A stretch of DNA of 64,000 nucleotides from Terriglobia bacterium (GTDB lineage: Bacteria; Acidobacteriota; Terriglobia; 20CM-2-55-15): assembly GCA_963664115.2 (NCBI GenBank), contig CAXWPJ010000005.1, forward strand, positions 96,001 through 160,000. Reading direction: 5' to 3'. The notes beneath the pieces were generated by a model. That model ran no database searches and had not been told where the DNA came from. It saw only the letters and a list, made by a program, of their open reading frames with translations. Of this stretch, positions 24,182 through 34,785 are shown piece after piece; the first letter of the stretch is position 1; each line of letters starts with the position of its first letter. A program made the position numbers and the translations under genes.

Positions 24182-25111
24182 ATGAACCTGGCACATTTGC
24201 ACGTTCTGCTCAATCACTTCCCGACCATCGGGACTGTTGTGGGTTTTGGACTCTTTCTGGTGGCGCTTGTCTGGAAGAGCGAGGACCTGAAACGCGCCAG
24301 CCTCGGCGTTTTCGTCGTAATTGCGCTCGTGTCGATACCTGCCTACCTGAGTGGAAATGCTGCTCAGCTGATACTTGAAGGTGCGCCGGACATTTCGGAA
24401 GCCACGATTGAAGCGCACGAGGACGCCGCGCTGCTGGCGTTCGTATTTATGGGGCTTACCGGGTTGGTCTCCTGGTTGGTGCTGTGGCAGTTTCGCCGGC
24501 TTTCGAATTTCGTTAATTGGAACATGCCGGCCGTCCTGCTTCTTTCAGCGGTGACCGTGGGGCTGATGGCAAGAGCTGCCAACCTGGGTGGTGAGATCAA
24601 TCATCCGGAAATTCGGCCGGACTCGGTAGCGGGGCCTGAAGCGGCATGGCTCCAGACTGCAGCGATCGCGTCGGCGTTCGTGTTCGACAACCCATGGGTG
24701 TGGCCGATCAACGAGATCTTCCATTTCGTGGGGCTTTGTATCCTGTTTGGCGTTGTATTGCTCGTCAACTTGAGATTGCTCGGAGTGATCAAGGGCGTTT
24801 CGTTCGCGGCCCTCCATCAAATGTTGCCGTGGGTGATCGTTGGTTTCGTCATCAATGTGGTAACCGGAATGCTGTTCTTCGTCGCAAACCATGCTCAGTA
24901 CGTTGCGAACCCCGCATTTCAATGGAAGATGGTCCTACTGCTGCTCGCTGGCGTCAACTTTCTCTACCTTACCGTTTATGACGAAGGGTGGGCCCTGGGG
25001 CCGGACGACAACCCTCCCCGACTGACCAGGGTATTAGCGGCGAGTTCGATTGTCTTCTGGGTCGGTGTAATATTCCTGGGACGGTGGCTGCCCTACATCG
25101 GCAGCGAGTGA
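24182..25111 (+). CDS. Membrane protein: His-containing DUF2231-like N-domain fused to a DUF6644-like domain
   Basis: HLHVLLNHFP, AHE, GGEINHPEI; C-half FHFVGL, NLRLLG, NPAFQWKM, GRWLPY. Confidence 0.68.
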   Translation: MNLAHLHVLLNHFPTIGTVVGFGLFLVALVWKSEDLKRASLGVFVVIALVSIPAYLSGNAAQLILEGAPDISEATIEAHEDAALLAFVFMGLTGLVSWLVLWQFRRLSNFVNWNMPAVLLLSAVTVGLMARAANLGGEINHPEIRPDSVAGPEAAWLQTAAIASAFVFDNPWVWPINEIFHFVGLCILFGVVLLVNLRLLGVIKGVSFAALHQMLPWVIVGFVINVVTGMLFFVANHAQYVANPAFQWKMVLLLLAGVNFLYLTVYDEGWALGPDDNPPRLTRVLAASSIVFWVGVIFLGRWLPYIGSE

Positions 25112-25236
25112 GCGCCAGGATGGAGACGATGGGGTGTCCAGACTTTGTCGCGCCCTTTAGGCTGTGATATACCTGTCGCCTGAATCCACCACACCTTGGG
25201 ATGCCTGTGTTTGTTGAGCTAATAAGGAGTTATGTG

Positions 25237-26427
25237 ATGAAGTATGCGCTTCCAGGCAGACGCTTTTGTGCCCCTCTTTTTACGACCGTTCTGGTCCTGA
25301 CGCTGACGGGGGGGTGCGCCTCCGACGCTGTCACCTCAGAGCCTGCTCCGGACGCGGTTGCAGATTCGGGCGTGCGCTTGTTCGAGACCGAAGATTACTC
25401 AATCCGTGTCGTAACACTCGCCGAGGGTCTGACCTATCCCTACGGCCTGGCGTTCCTGCCCGACGGCACGATGCTTCTGACCGAACTGGAAGGCCGGCTG
25501 CGCTACGTTCGCAACGGGATGTTGGAGCCGGAGTCGATCGCCGGCGTCCCGGAGGTGTATTACGTTCCCGGTCGCGGCGGGTTGATGGACGTCATTCTCC
25601 ATCCCGATTTCGAGGAAAACCAGTGGATCTATTTCACCTATGACAAAGCCGGTGAACTCGGAGCGACCCCGGCCGTGGCTCGGGGCACTCTGGACGGGAA
25701 TCAGCTTAGGGACGTGAAGGACATTTTCGTCGCCGACGCATGGGCGATGGCCGACGGGCATCTCTCTTCCTACATCCGGTTCACGCCGGACGGTATGTTG
25801 TATTTTTCGACTGCTGAGCGGAATGAGCCGATGCGTGCCCAGGATACGACTGACCATGCCGGCAAGCTCCTGCGGCTCCATGACGACGGCACTGTTCCCA
25901 GTGATAATCCTTTCGTGGGTCGTGAGGGCTACCGTGACGAAATCTTTGCCTACGGGCATCGCGACATCCATGGGATGACGGTCCACCCGGAAACAGGCGA
26001 AGTCTGGACAAACGAGCACGGAGACGAATTCAATATCGCGCGCCCCGGCCTCAACCATGGGTGGCCTTACGTTTCAACCCGAGGTCCGAGTGAGACGCCT
26101 GCGCCCGAGGGAGTTGAACTGACCGCACCGTACATGTACTGGAATCCGGGGATCAATGTTTCCGGAATGTTCTTTTACACTGGAGATACTTTTCCCGAGT
26201 GGAAGGGCGATCTCTTTGTGAGCGGTCTGGCTGGACAGCAGGTGCAGCGCATCACTTTCACCGAGGATCCTCCCGACACCAGCGTGCCTGCGTCGGGCGA
26301 AATCCGCGAACCGCTGTTCGATATTGGAACCCGGGTCCGTGATGCAAGGGAAGGGCCTGATGGCCTGATCTACTTTGTGACTGATGAAGCCGAGGGTCGT
26401 CTGATGCGGATTGAACCGGCGCCTTAA
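25237..26427 (+). CDS. GdhB/YliI-like (PQQ sugar dehydrogenase family) beta-propeller lipoprotein, atypical motifs
   Basis: LAFLPDG, GGLMDVILHPDF, GKLLRLHDDG, NHGWP, RVRDAREGPDG; lipobox-like TGGC. Confidence 0.85.
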   Translation: MKYALPGRRFCAPLFTTVLVLTLTGGCASDAVTSEPAPDAVADSGVRLFETEDYSIRVVTLAEGLTYPYGLAFLPDGTMLLTELEGRLRYVRNGMLEPESIAGVPEVYYVPGRGGLMDVILHPDFEENQWIYFTYDKAGELGATPAVARGTLDGNQLRDVKDIFVADAWAMADGHLSSYIRFTPDGMLYFSTAERNEPMRAQDTTDHAGKLLRLHDDGTVPSDNPFVGREGYRDEIFAYGHRDIHGMTVHPETGEVWTNEHGDEFNIARPGLNHGWPYVSTRGPSETPAPEGVELTAPYMYWNPGINVSGMFFYTGDTFPEWKGDLFVSGLAGQQVQRITFTEDPPDTSVPASGEIREPLFDIGTRVRDAREGPDGLIYFVTDEAEGRLMRIEPAP

Positions 26428-26449
26428 TCCGGGAACCGAACGAGCAGAA

Positions 26450-27928
26450 TCAAGATTTTCTTGGAGACAGCGATCCCCCGACGGCGATCGCGAGGTTTAC
26501 CGCTAAACCGTACAGGCCGGGGTGAAAACCCCACACCTTGCCTCCCACGACAAAATCGAAAGGTCCGAATGCGAGAGATAAGGCCACAATCAATCCCGCG
26601 ACCAGTCCGGTCAGTGTCGGTCCCGTCTTCAAGCCCGGCCAATGGATGCCGATCATGAACGCCGGAACGAGCTGAACCAGCACGTCGAACTTACGATCGA
26701 TCAGCGTGATCAGGGAAGTCTGGTCTTTCAGAAGAATGGCCAGTACGGCCAGTGCGGCGAGGACAGCCCAGGAACAACGTTTTCCGATCCGGGTGAGTCC
26801 GGACTCCGGCGCAGTCGGGCTGAAATGGACGCTATAAATGTCCTTAGTAAACATTGAAGATATCGAGAGCATTGCCGAGTCCGCTGTCGACATGAGCGCA
26901 GCCAGTACGGCACTGAAGATCAGGACGACGAGTCCGTAACCGAGAGCGGAGCTTTCCTGAACAACACGCAGGACGCGGGCCATCGCCTGGTCGGTCGCAG
27001 CACCTTCCAGTCCCGGGATGTAGGCCAGTGCGTAGATTCCGGCGACAACTGCGATCAGCGCAGTTGTAAATGGCAGAAAGGCCATGACGGCCATGCTGCG
27101 GTTCAACACCCGTTTCGATTTTGCGGCATAAATCCGTTGGATCGCGTGGGGATAGAGTGCTCCACCCAAGCCAACAATGAGGATGTAGCTGAGCCACTGA
27201 CGCTGCATGTCCGCATCGGGTGGCGCTATCCGCGCGACGTTCGCCGAGGTCGCAATGGCTTCTGTCGCCGCCGACAGCGGGCCGAACTGCTGGATCAGCA
27301 TCGCCAGCAAGACCAAGAACCCCAGCATCAACACGCCGCCCTGAAGGACGTCCGTCCATGCGATAGCGCGGATGCCGCCCAGAGTTCCATAAATCACCAT
27401 GATCAGTGTCAGGCCGAGCACGCCGTAGTTGTAAGCCACATCGCCATACGGTCCGGCAAAGCCCTGGAGGACCCGCCCCATTGTCATCAGTTGTGCCAGG
27501 AGATAGTTGTTCAGGGCTACGATCATCACGATAGAGGCCAGCAGCGAAAGGGGTGGGGACCCGAAACGCTCCCGCACGAAATCCACTGGTGTTACATATC
27601 CCCGCGCGCGCGCCAAGGTGTGCAGCTTGGGTGCAAAGATCAGATAGCAGACGATCATCGCCAGCATGTAGTGGACGGCGATGAGCCAGCCGAAACCTTC
27701 TCTGTAGGTCGCGCCGGCTACCCCGAATATTGTGTTGCCGCTGTACTGTGTCGCGTACAGCGTCAGGAAGAGAACAAAGAAGCCGAAACCCTGGCCTCCG
27801 AGGTAGAAATCCCGAAGGGTATCTTCGCGGCGTGCGTTGTAACCGAACCAGCCGATCAATATCAGGGAGCACAGATAGATGGCGACGAAAAACCACGCAC
27901 CGATGCCGAATGGTAGAACGTCGAACAT
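26450..27928 (-). CDS. Sodium:solute symporter family protein
   Basis: DFYLGG, ATQYSG, GGIRAIAWTDVLQG, QRIYAAK, AALMSTADS. Confidence 0.92.
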   Translation of the reverse strand: MFDVLPFGIGAWFFVAIYLCSLILIGWFGYNARREDTLRDFYLGGQGFGFFVLFLTLYATQYSGNTIFGVAGATYREGFGWLIAVHYMLAMIVCYLIFAPKLHTLARARGYVTPVDFVRERFGSPPLSLLASIVMIVALNNYLLAQLMTMGRVLQGFAGPYGDVAYNYGVLGLTLIMVIYGTLGGIRAIAWTDVLQGGVLMLGFLVLLAMLIQQFGPLSAATEAIATSANVARIAPPDADMQRQWLSYILIVGLGGALYPHAIQRIYAAKSKRVLNRSMAVMAFLPFTTALIAVVAGIYALAYIPGLEGAATDQAMARVLRVVQESSALGYGLVVLIFSAVLAALMSTADSAMLSISSMFTKDIYSVHFSPTAPESGLTRIGKRCSWAVLAALAVLAILLKDQTSLITLIDRKFDVLVQLVPAFMIGIHWPGLKTGPTLTGLVAGLIVALSLAFGPFDFVVGGKVWGFHPGLYGLAVNLAIAVGGSLSPRKS

Positions 27929-28137
27929 CAGTTCGTGTCGTCACTGGTCCAATAGACCCAGGCTGTAAAAAGAGAGGTCGCAAATACCGCACCCAGCGTC
28001 GCCAGCGACCACAGGGGAAATCCCAATACCTGCCGTACATCACCCCCAGGCCAGTACCATGGAATGACCAGCACGAGTAGGCCGAGGTATACGAATGCAA
28101 TCCAGCGGCGGGATCTCTTTTCTTGGGATTCTTTCAT
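27928..28137 (-). CDS. Small 2-TM membrane protein accompanying the SSS transporter
   Basis: MKESQEK...IPWYWP...VLGFPLW; stop overlaps the SSS start codon (TGATG). Confidence 0.75.
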   Translation of the reverse strand: MKESQEKRSRRWIAFVYLGLLVLVIPWYWPGGDVRQVLGFPLWSLATLGAVFATSLFTAWVYWTSDDTN

Positions 28138-28432
28138 TCGGAGTTCCTTTCGAAACGCCATGCGAGGGCGGCTGTGCCTGCAACTGGTTATCATAAATGG
28201 AGCCGGCATCCAAATCCTGGCCCCGTGTTTCTTGATCCGTCCAGGGCTCTGTCCTGATCGAGACATGCCCCCTCACTCCGAGCCTTTCGTCGGCTTGGGT
28301 GCGATCACTTCTATCGATCATGTGCTTCAGAAACGCGGCAAAGGATGGCCCGCGCCATGCTAGGATGCCCCCATCGAATAACAACGGACGTCTAAGAGTT
28401 CGCGCACTGTTCCGCGGATACAGGAGATTTTT

Positions 28433-29398
28433 ATGTCAAATAAAACGAGTCGGCGTGAGTTTGTACGCACGGCCGGTATCGCAGCTACGGGAATGATGGC
28501 AGCCGCACCTTCCGTCTCCAGCGCTACGCCTGCGCAGGCAACGGCCGCGACAACTTCGATGGGCGGAAGATTCCGGCAGATGCTCCAACAACCGGAACCG
28601 TTCTACTGCCTCAACTGTTTCGACGGCCCTTCGGCGCGGTTGGTTGAAATCGCAGGCTTCGAGTCGATTTTTCTTGGCGGTTCCCTCACCGCTCTGGAGA
28701 ATGGGCTTCCGGACTGGGGCCTGACGACGGTGACAGAGTTGCTCGACTTTGCTTCCCGAATCGCCGAGAACGTCAATATTCCGGTGCTTGGGGATGCTGA
28801 CAACGGCGGAGGAAACCCCTTGACCGTCTATCGCACGACGCAAGCATTCGAAAGAGCGGGGCTCGGGGGCGTGATGTTCGAGGATAGGATCCGGATCGAA
28901 CGGATCGGGCAGAGCGGGGACGTCATTGCTACCGACAAAATGGTCGACCGGATACACGCTGCCGTGGATGCGCGTTCCGATCTCGCGATCATTGCCCGTT
29001 CCGACGCTCTGGGGGCGGATCGCTCAATGGAAGAGGCCATCGAACGGGGTGTGGCTTACGCGGAGGCCGGTGCCGACGCCATCCTCTACCCCGGGGTGCA
29101 GCCGATCGAAACCACGCGACGGATAGCCGCCGCGCTTCCCAAACCCCTGTTGGCTCAAATCGGCCCGGGGATGGATGTCGCCTCGGCGAGGGATGCGGGA
29201 GTTCAGGTCCTTTTCTTTACCTCGATGATGCAGGACATCGCCCTGGCGGCTTACAATCAGGCCCTCACCGAATTGAGGACAACGGGAAAAGTTGACGCAA
29301 CATATGACGCCCACCGATTGCCCCGCGAGGTCACCAGGCAAATGGAAAACGCGGAAGCAATTCTCGAACGCGCCGCCCGATACAACGCTCTGCCGTAG
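28433..29398 (+). CDS. Isocitrate lyase/PEP mutase family protein with Tat signal
   Basis: SRREFV Tat motif; GLPDWG, DADNGGG, IIARSDA, YAEAGAD. Confidence 0.85.
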   Translation: MSNKTSRREFVRTAGIAATGMMAAAPSVSSATPAQATAATTSMGGRFRQMLQQPEPFYCLNCFDGPSARLVEIAGFESIFLGGSLTALENGLPDWGLTTVTELLDFASRIAENVNIPVLGDADNGGGNPLTVYRTTQAFERAGLGGVMFEDRIRIERIGQSGDVIATDKMVDRIHAAVDARSDLAIIARSDALGADRSMEEAIERGVAYAEAGADAILYPGVQPIETTRRIAAALPKPLLAQIGPGMDVASARDAGVQVLFFTSMMQDIALAAYNQALTELRTTGKVDATYDAHRLPREVTRQMENAEAILERAARYNALP

Positions 29399-29574
29399 CC
29401 GTTTTCGATATTACGATCCGTATCGTGGGAGCACGATTCTGAAGTCATTCTGTAGGTGCGGCCTATGACCGCACAGCTTTAGGACTTGTTGTGCGCTCGA
29501 GCAGGTTGTACTGGCCGCAGGACGGCAGGGCCCATGCTACGAAATGCCCGCACCTACAGTTGAGAAGAGAAGGG

Positions 29575-30579
29575 CTACTTCGCGCGGCCCATATAACCGG
29601 TGGCCAGCATCTGGATCTTATAGATCGTCTTCGTATTGTTTCTGTAGCCGTCGGCCAGGAGCAGTTCCTTCCCATTAGGGGCAAGACCGCCTCGGCCAGT
29701 GGCATAGAGCATACTTTTTCCGGGTCCGGAAAATGCGAGGCTGGCGACGTTCCGCGGCGTAGGAATGGTCCCGAGGTGCCCGCCTTCCGGGCTGAATACG
29801 TGGATCCCGGTGGCCTGGGTCGCCACGTAGAGTCGACCGGTCGAATCGACCACCATGCCGTCGCCGTTGCCGCTGGGCAGACTCACGAAGTTGTGTCTAT
29901 CACCGACCGCGCCGTCGGTCCCGATGTCAAATGCCACGATAACCTCGCGGTTCGTGACATAGAGCGTACGCTCGTCCGGGCTCAGCATGATCCCATTCGA
30001 GCGGATATCCTCACCCAGATTGATGACCTCGCCTCCGGGCTTGATCTGGTAGGGTGCGCCTGAGCTGAAGTACACCGCGCCGTTGCCTGCTGCCACGAGA
30101 TCATTGGGTCGTCCAAGTCCCTCGCCCTGATGGCTGTCTGCCAGGACCTTTCGCTGGTTTTCCGGATAGATGATGGAGATCATGCCTGGTTCCGTGCACG
30201 GCAGGTCCCCTCTTCCGGGGTCCGTGCACGTCCTTTGTGCCGCGATAAGGCGGCCCTGTGAGTCCATCGAAACCGAACCGCCTCCATGTGTGTCCCTGAC
30301 GTAGGCGGAGTCGAAGTCCCGCGCGTCCAGTTTGCGGATCGTGCTGGTCTGTTCCTGCGCAAACAAAAGACTGCCATCGGGAAGACCGAGGAGACCGTCC
30401 GCGTTATCGGTTCCTTGCCAGGCCTGCTGCCATTCGGTCCCTGCGGCGATAATGCCGGGGATCCCTGTCACTGTCACATCTCTGGGGAGCGTCTCGTCCT
30501 GGGGTGCGGCAACCGCGCCGAATGTGACGTTTGAGCCTAAGACACACCAGACGATTGCGAGCATTGCGTTCAATTTCAT
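29575..30579 (-). CDS. SMP-30/gluconolactonase family exported protein
   Basis: RPNDL, SNGIMLSPDERTLYV, GDGMVVDSTGRLYVA, LAFSG. Confidence 0.88.
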   Translation of the reverse strand: MKLNAMLAIVWCVLGSNVTFGAVAAPQDETLPRDVTVTGIPGIIAAGTEWQQAWQGTDNADGLLGLPDGSLLFAQEQTSTIRKLDARDFDSAYVRDTHGGGSVSMDSQGRLIAAQRTCTDPGRGDLPCTEPGMISIIYPENQRKVLADSHQGEGLGRPNDLVAAGNGAVYFSSGAPYQIKPGGEVINLGEDIRSNGIMLSPDERTLYVTNREVIVAFDIGTDGAVGDRHNFVSLPSGNGDGMVVDSTGRLYVATQATGIHVFSPEGGHLGTIPTPRNVASLAFSGPGKSMLYATGRGGLAPNGKELLLADGYRNNTKTIYKIQMLATGYMGRAK

Positions 30580-30998
30580 AGATCCTCCAAGTCCCTCGTG
30601 CCGGCTGCCGGTCGCTTGCTGTCGAGAGCGGTTGAACTGTGATTTATAGAGTGCGGCTTTTTCTCAATGTAGTTTGGCCGGTCGCGACATGCATCCATTC
30701 CCGGAAGAATACTCGCGGGTCGTCAGGCACAAATTAATGTGGCCATCATCATGTGTGTGAGCTGGGGCGTCAAGAGAAATTCCGTCCTTTATACGCCCTG
30801 GAACCCCTTTAACGATCCTCTCGTTCTTCTAGACGGTTCAACGGGGCTTTTTTGAGTGAGGCGGCGACGCTGTGATTGGTCCCAAAATCGAATCCTGAGA
30901 TCTGAAGAGTCGTCTCCGGGAAAAAGAGTTTACCGGTCGGTTTCGTGAGGGCATAGATCGCATATACAGTTTGGACTCAGTGTTCCCTAAACGTGAAA

Positions 30999-31028
30999 CT
31001 GGCCCCGGGTCTCACGACCCAGGGCCAG
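30999..31028 (-). terminator. Hairpin downstream of the TonB receptor
   Basis: CTGGCCC-C-GGGTC/TCAC/GACCC-A-GGGCCAG, followed by a short T tract on the minus strand. Confidence 0.55.
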
Positions 31029-31057
31029 CCTATCGAACAGGTGTTTTTCGCTCCGGT

Positions 31058-34000
31058 TTAGAAGATGAACTTCAGAGCGAATTGCATGATCCGAGGGTCC
31101 TCTGCCCCCCGAATTTGGCCGAAGGTGTTGCTTCTGTCGTGGCGCACCTGCGGAGCGTCGAACCGCGTGCTGTTGGTCAGGTTGAACGCTTCGGCCCGGA
31201 TTTCAAGCCGCTGCGCTTCCGTCAGCTGGAACGATCTTGACAGCGCCACGTCGAGTCCCCACCTGCCCGGGGCCCGAACGGCGCCCGCGCCCAGATTGCC
31301 CAGTGTACCGAGTGCCGGCGTCTCAAACGCGTCGGGGTTGAGATAGTTCTTAGGGTCGTTCTTGTCCCCATAGACATTATCCAACACCACATTGGGGCGT
31401 TGGTCGCGCATGAAGTTCCGCGCGGGGTCCCGGCGGTTCGTCACGGTTAACGCTCGACCCGTGTTGATCCTGAGGATGGGCGACAGCTGCCAGCCGGATG
31501 CGAGGACCTGCAGCGCCCGGTTGTTGAACTGCGGCGTCGCGGCCACTCCGGACAGATTGAAAAGATGCCGCGTGTCCCGGGCCGCAACCGAGCAGTCGCC
31601 ACGGCCGAACCTGCGGTTGTTCGCATCAATCCAACCGTTATCCGCGTTGCCACCGTTCACAACGTCCTGCTGCGGGTCGGTGATGCAATGGGACCAGGTG
31701 TAGTTTGCATTGAAGGAGATGCCGCTCACAGGGCGTCGCTGAACCGAGAGGACCAGACCGTTATAGCTGGCCGTGCCCCCGCTGTCGATCCGGCCTATGA
31801 TGCCGTACTTCTCCGAGATACTCTTGGGTACCACCGGGAAGATCGCCAGCATGCGCCGATCTATGCGATTGGACGTGGTTCTCGAGGAGCATTCCCTGCC
31901 CGGCCTGACCGTGAAATTAACGGTCGCCCCGTTCAAAAAGCAGTTTCCGTTGGCGTCGCCATTACCTGGAACGAAAATCACAGGATTGATATGCTGCGTG
32001 CCCCACAGATGACGTGTGGTGTTGCCGATGTAGTTCGCCTGTACCATCCAGTCGTTTCCAAACTGTCTCTGGACGCTCAGGTTCCACTGGGCCACCTTCA
32101 TGTTCGGCGTGTCGAAATCCATGGCCGTGGCGATGCCGTTATTGGTCCATGGTAGATCAACGGGAACGCCCCCACCGAAGGGCACCAAGCCCGGATCTCC
32201 GCCGGGGTGGTCCGCCCAGGGGTCCTCCCAATCGATATCGTCCAATTGAATCCGGTTGTTCCAGGGTGGCACGGTCGTCAAGCTCCGCTGGTAGATCGCG
32301 GCCGGATAGTCATAGAAGGTTCCCAACGACGCCCGAACCGAAGTGCGGCCGTCTCCGTTGACGTCCCACGCGAGCCCGACGCGCGGGGAGAAATTCTTCC
32401 ACTGATTGTTCTGCCCCTGGCCGTCCGGGAACCCGGGGTCCCCGTCGAAGGACAGGCCCGGCGGCGCGTTGATAAAGCGGGCGGTCTGGACGCCCGCTAG
32501 CATATCCGCCGCGCTGAAGTGAATCGAGGTGCCGTCCGTGTTGACCTGCGGGAAGAAGGGCTCCCACCGCACGCCGTAATTCAACGTCAGATTCTGAGTC
32601 ATCCGCCAGGTATCGGCGAAGTACATGTTGAAGTACTTGGACCGGTTGTGCTGCTCGATCGGGGCGCCGATTCGGAGTCGGGATGCCCTTCCCAGGAGAA
32701 AGTCCGCCAACCCCAAACCCGTCGTTTGGCCGTTGAACGTAAACGGCGCGGAATTGTTGGCGGTTGAAGCCGAGTCGATCCACCACCAGGCCGACGACAC
32801 GCCGAAGCCCAACTGATGGTCCCCGCTGATGACGCTCACATCATCGTTGAACGCGAACATGTTCATCACCATGGGCCCTACCGCGGTACCCACATCGAAC
32901 CCACCGTCGACATCAATGTTGGGAGTTTCCGGCAACATAAAAAATGACTTGATTCCCAGCAACCCGTTGCCGCAATTGCAGTTCGAAAAGTCCGGGCCGG
33001 TCTTGCCGCCGTCCAGATCATTGCCCGTGATGCGGAATGAATTGACGATGTTGGCGCCAAACAGATAGGTGCTCCCCAGCGTAAAGGCCTGGACCTGCGC
33101 GTCCGCCCCGTTGTTCACACTGAACAGGTTCTGGTTCAGGTCGAAGCCGGTCGGCACAAGACGGGATTCATACAAATACCGGGCAAACAACGAGTGGTTG
33201 TTGGTCACCTGATAGTCGAGCCGGCCGATGACCGCCTCAAAGTCGTCGTGCAGGGGATTGCCGTAGCTGACCTCGCCGCAGGGATCGTTCGACGACTGCA
33301 GAAACGACGCGAACTTGACAGCGGCAGGGCTGAACAAAGCCGGGTCGATCTGATTGTTGACGAACGGTGCATCAAGTGTCACCGCACGCCGGTTGCATCC
33401 GGCCCCGGCGAAGTCCCTGAAATCGCCGGCCAGCATTGCCTGGGTGGGCACAAACGCAAATTCTGCCGCAGGGTCCTGCCGGATCCGCGTCCCCTGGTAG
33501 CCCGCAAAGAAGAAGAGCTTGTTCGGGACAATGGGCCCGCCGATCGTGCCGCCAAACTGGTTGCGCTTGATGGTGTCGCGCTCTTTCTCGAAAGCGCCCC
33601 GAGCGTTGAACTTGCCATTCCTCACAAACTCGAACAAATTGCCATGGAACTGGTTCGTTCCGGATTTCGTCACCAAGCTCACGGTGCCGGCGGATTTCAC
33701 GCCCCCGGTGGCCGACGTGGCGCTGGTCTCGACCTTGAACTCCTGCATCGCGTCGGGAAACGGCATCGACAGGTAGGAGCCCTGGAAGGGGTTGTTGTGG
33801 TTCGCCCCATCCAGTGTGTAATTCAGTGCGGAGTTCAGCCCGCCGGCGACCGACACATTACCCCTGGCAAAGGGGTCTCTACGACTGCCCGTCAGCGTTG
33901 CCGCCGGGGCGACGCCGCCCGCCAGGGCGATCAACTCCACCACCGAACGCCCATTGAGTGGGAGTTCCAGAATCCGCTCATTCTCGATGATCTCCCCCAC

Positions 34001-34399
34001 GCCGATCGCCCGCGTTTCCACAAGCGCGGCGTTGGCCTGAACTTCAATGGTCTGCGTCACCTGTCCCACTTCCAACACCACGTTGATGACCGGAGTGGCG
34101 TTGACCTGCAGGACAATTCCGGTCTGCAGGAACGTCTGAAATCCCGGCAAAACCGCTTCCAGCTGATACGGACCCAATGGCAGGGCCGGCAGAATATAGG
34201 AGCCGGTTTCGTTCGTCACGACCGTTCGGGGGGCACCGGTGTCGGTTTTGGTAGCGGTCACCTCCACGCCAGGTATTAAGGCGCCGGTGGCATCGGTCAC
34301 GGTACCACCGATTTGAGCCGTCGCCTGCGCCCATACCGTGACACAGCTGAAAGCCAGAACCAGCGAAATACTGAATAGACTACTGAATCTACACTTCAT
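31058..34399 (-). CDS. TonB-dependent receptor with carboxypeptidase-regulatory-like N-domain (Oar-like)
   Basis: GTVTDATGALIPG, LPLNGR, TKSGTNQFHG, NFSPRVGLAW, C-terminal PRIMQFALKFIF; start ATG 34399 with GGAG RBS. Confidence 0.92.
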   Translation of the reverse strand: MKCRFSSLFSISLVLAFSCVTVWAQATAQIGGTVTDATGALIPGVEVTATKTDTGAPRTVVTNETGSYILPALPLGPYQLEAVLPGFQTFLQTGIVLQVNATPVINVVLEVGQVTQTIEVQANAALVETRAIGVGEIIENERILELPLNGRSVVELIALAGGVAPAATLTGSRRDPFARGNVSVAGGLNSALNYTLDGANHNNPFQGSYLSMPFPDAMQEFKVETSATSATGGVKSAGTVSLVTKSGTNQFHGNLFEFVRNGKFNARGAFEKERDTIKRNQFGGTIGGPIVPNKLFFFAGYQGTRIRQDPAAEFAFVPTQAMLAGDFRDFAGAGCNRRAVTLDAPFVNNQIDPALFSPAAVKFASFLQSSNDPCGEVSYGNPLHDDFEAVIGRLDYQVTNNHSLFARYLYESRLVPTGFDLNQNLFSVNNGADAQVQAFTLGSTYLFGANIVNSFRITGNDLDGGKTGPDFSNCNCGNGLLGIKSFFMLPETPNIDVDGGFDVGTAVGPMVMNMFAFNDDVSVISGDHQLGFGVSSAWWWIDSASTANNSAPFTFNGQTTGLGLADFLLGRASRLRIGAPIEQHNRSKYFNMYFADTWRMTQNLTLNYGVRWEPFFPQVNTDGTSIHFSAADMLAGVQTARFINAPPGLSFDGDPGFPDGQGQNNQWKNFSPRVGLAWDVNGDGRTSVRASLGTFYDYPAAIYQRSLTTVPPWNNRIQLDDIDWEDPWADHPGGDPGLVPFGGGVPVDLPWTNNGIATAMDFDTPNMKVAQWNLSVQRQFGNDWMVQANYIGNTTRHLWGTQHINPVIFVPGNGDANGNCFLNGATVNFTVRPGRECSSRTTSNRIDRRMLAIFPVVPKSISEKYGIIGRIDSGGTASYNGLVLSVQRRPVSGISFNANYTWSHCITDPQQDVVNGGNADNGWIDANNRRFGRGDCSVAARDTRHLFNLSGVAATPQFNNRALQVLASGWQLSPILRINTGRALTVTNRRDPARNFMRDQRPNVVLDNVYGDKNDPKNYLNPDAFETPALGTLGNLGAGAVRAPGRWGLDVALSRSFQLTEAQRLEIRAEAFNLTNSTRFDAPQVRHDRSNTFGQIRGAEDPRIMQFALKFIF

Positions 34400-34785
34400 T
34401 AATATCTCCTCCACTGAGAGAGCAAGCTGGATCGCGGCCACTCTTATTTGGCGAGTGGCACGCTCTCCTGCTTGACAGGCATCCCATCAATCTCACTGCA
34501 CTACATTTACACGAAACTTCGGAAAACTATACCCCACCGGGGTATGGTGTGCAACCCAAACTAAGGTGGCGCGGGAAGAGGTCTATTTCAATTTTCTGTG
34601 GGGCCCATAGACGCCGTTCGAGGCGGGAATCGCTTTGGACCGGAGATGCCGGGCATCAAGCTGATGAAAAAGGAGTTATACGTCAGGATGGGGAACGCTG
34701 AAACCCAAAGCAATTGGGTTTCAGCGAAGATCAGACCATTTTCCCAGAGTCAGTCGCTGAGAGAACGGCTGGGCCGTCCTCTCTA

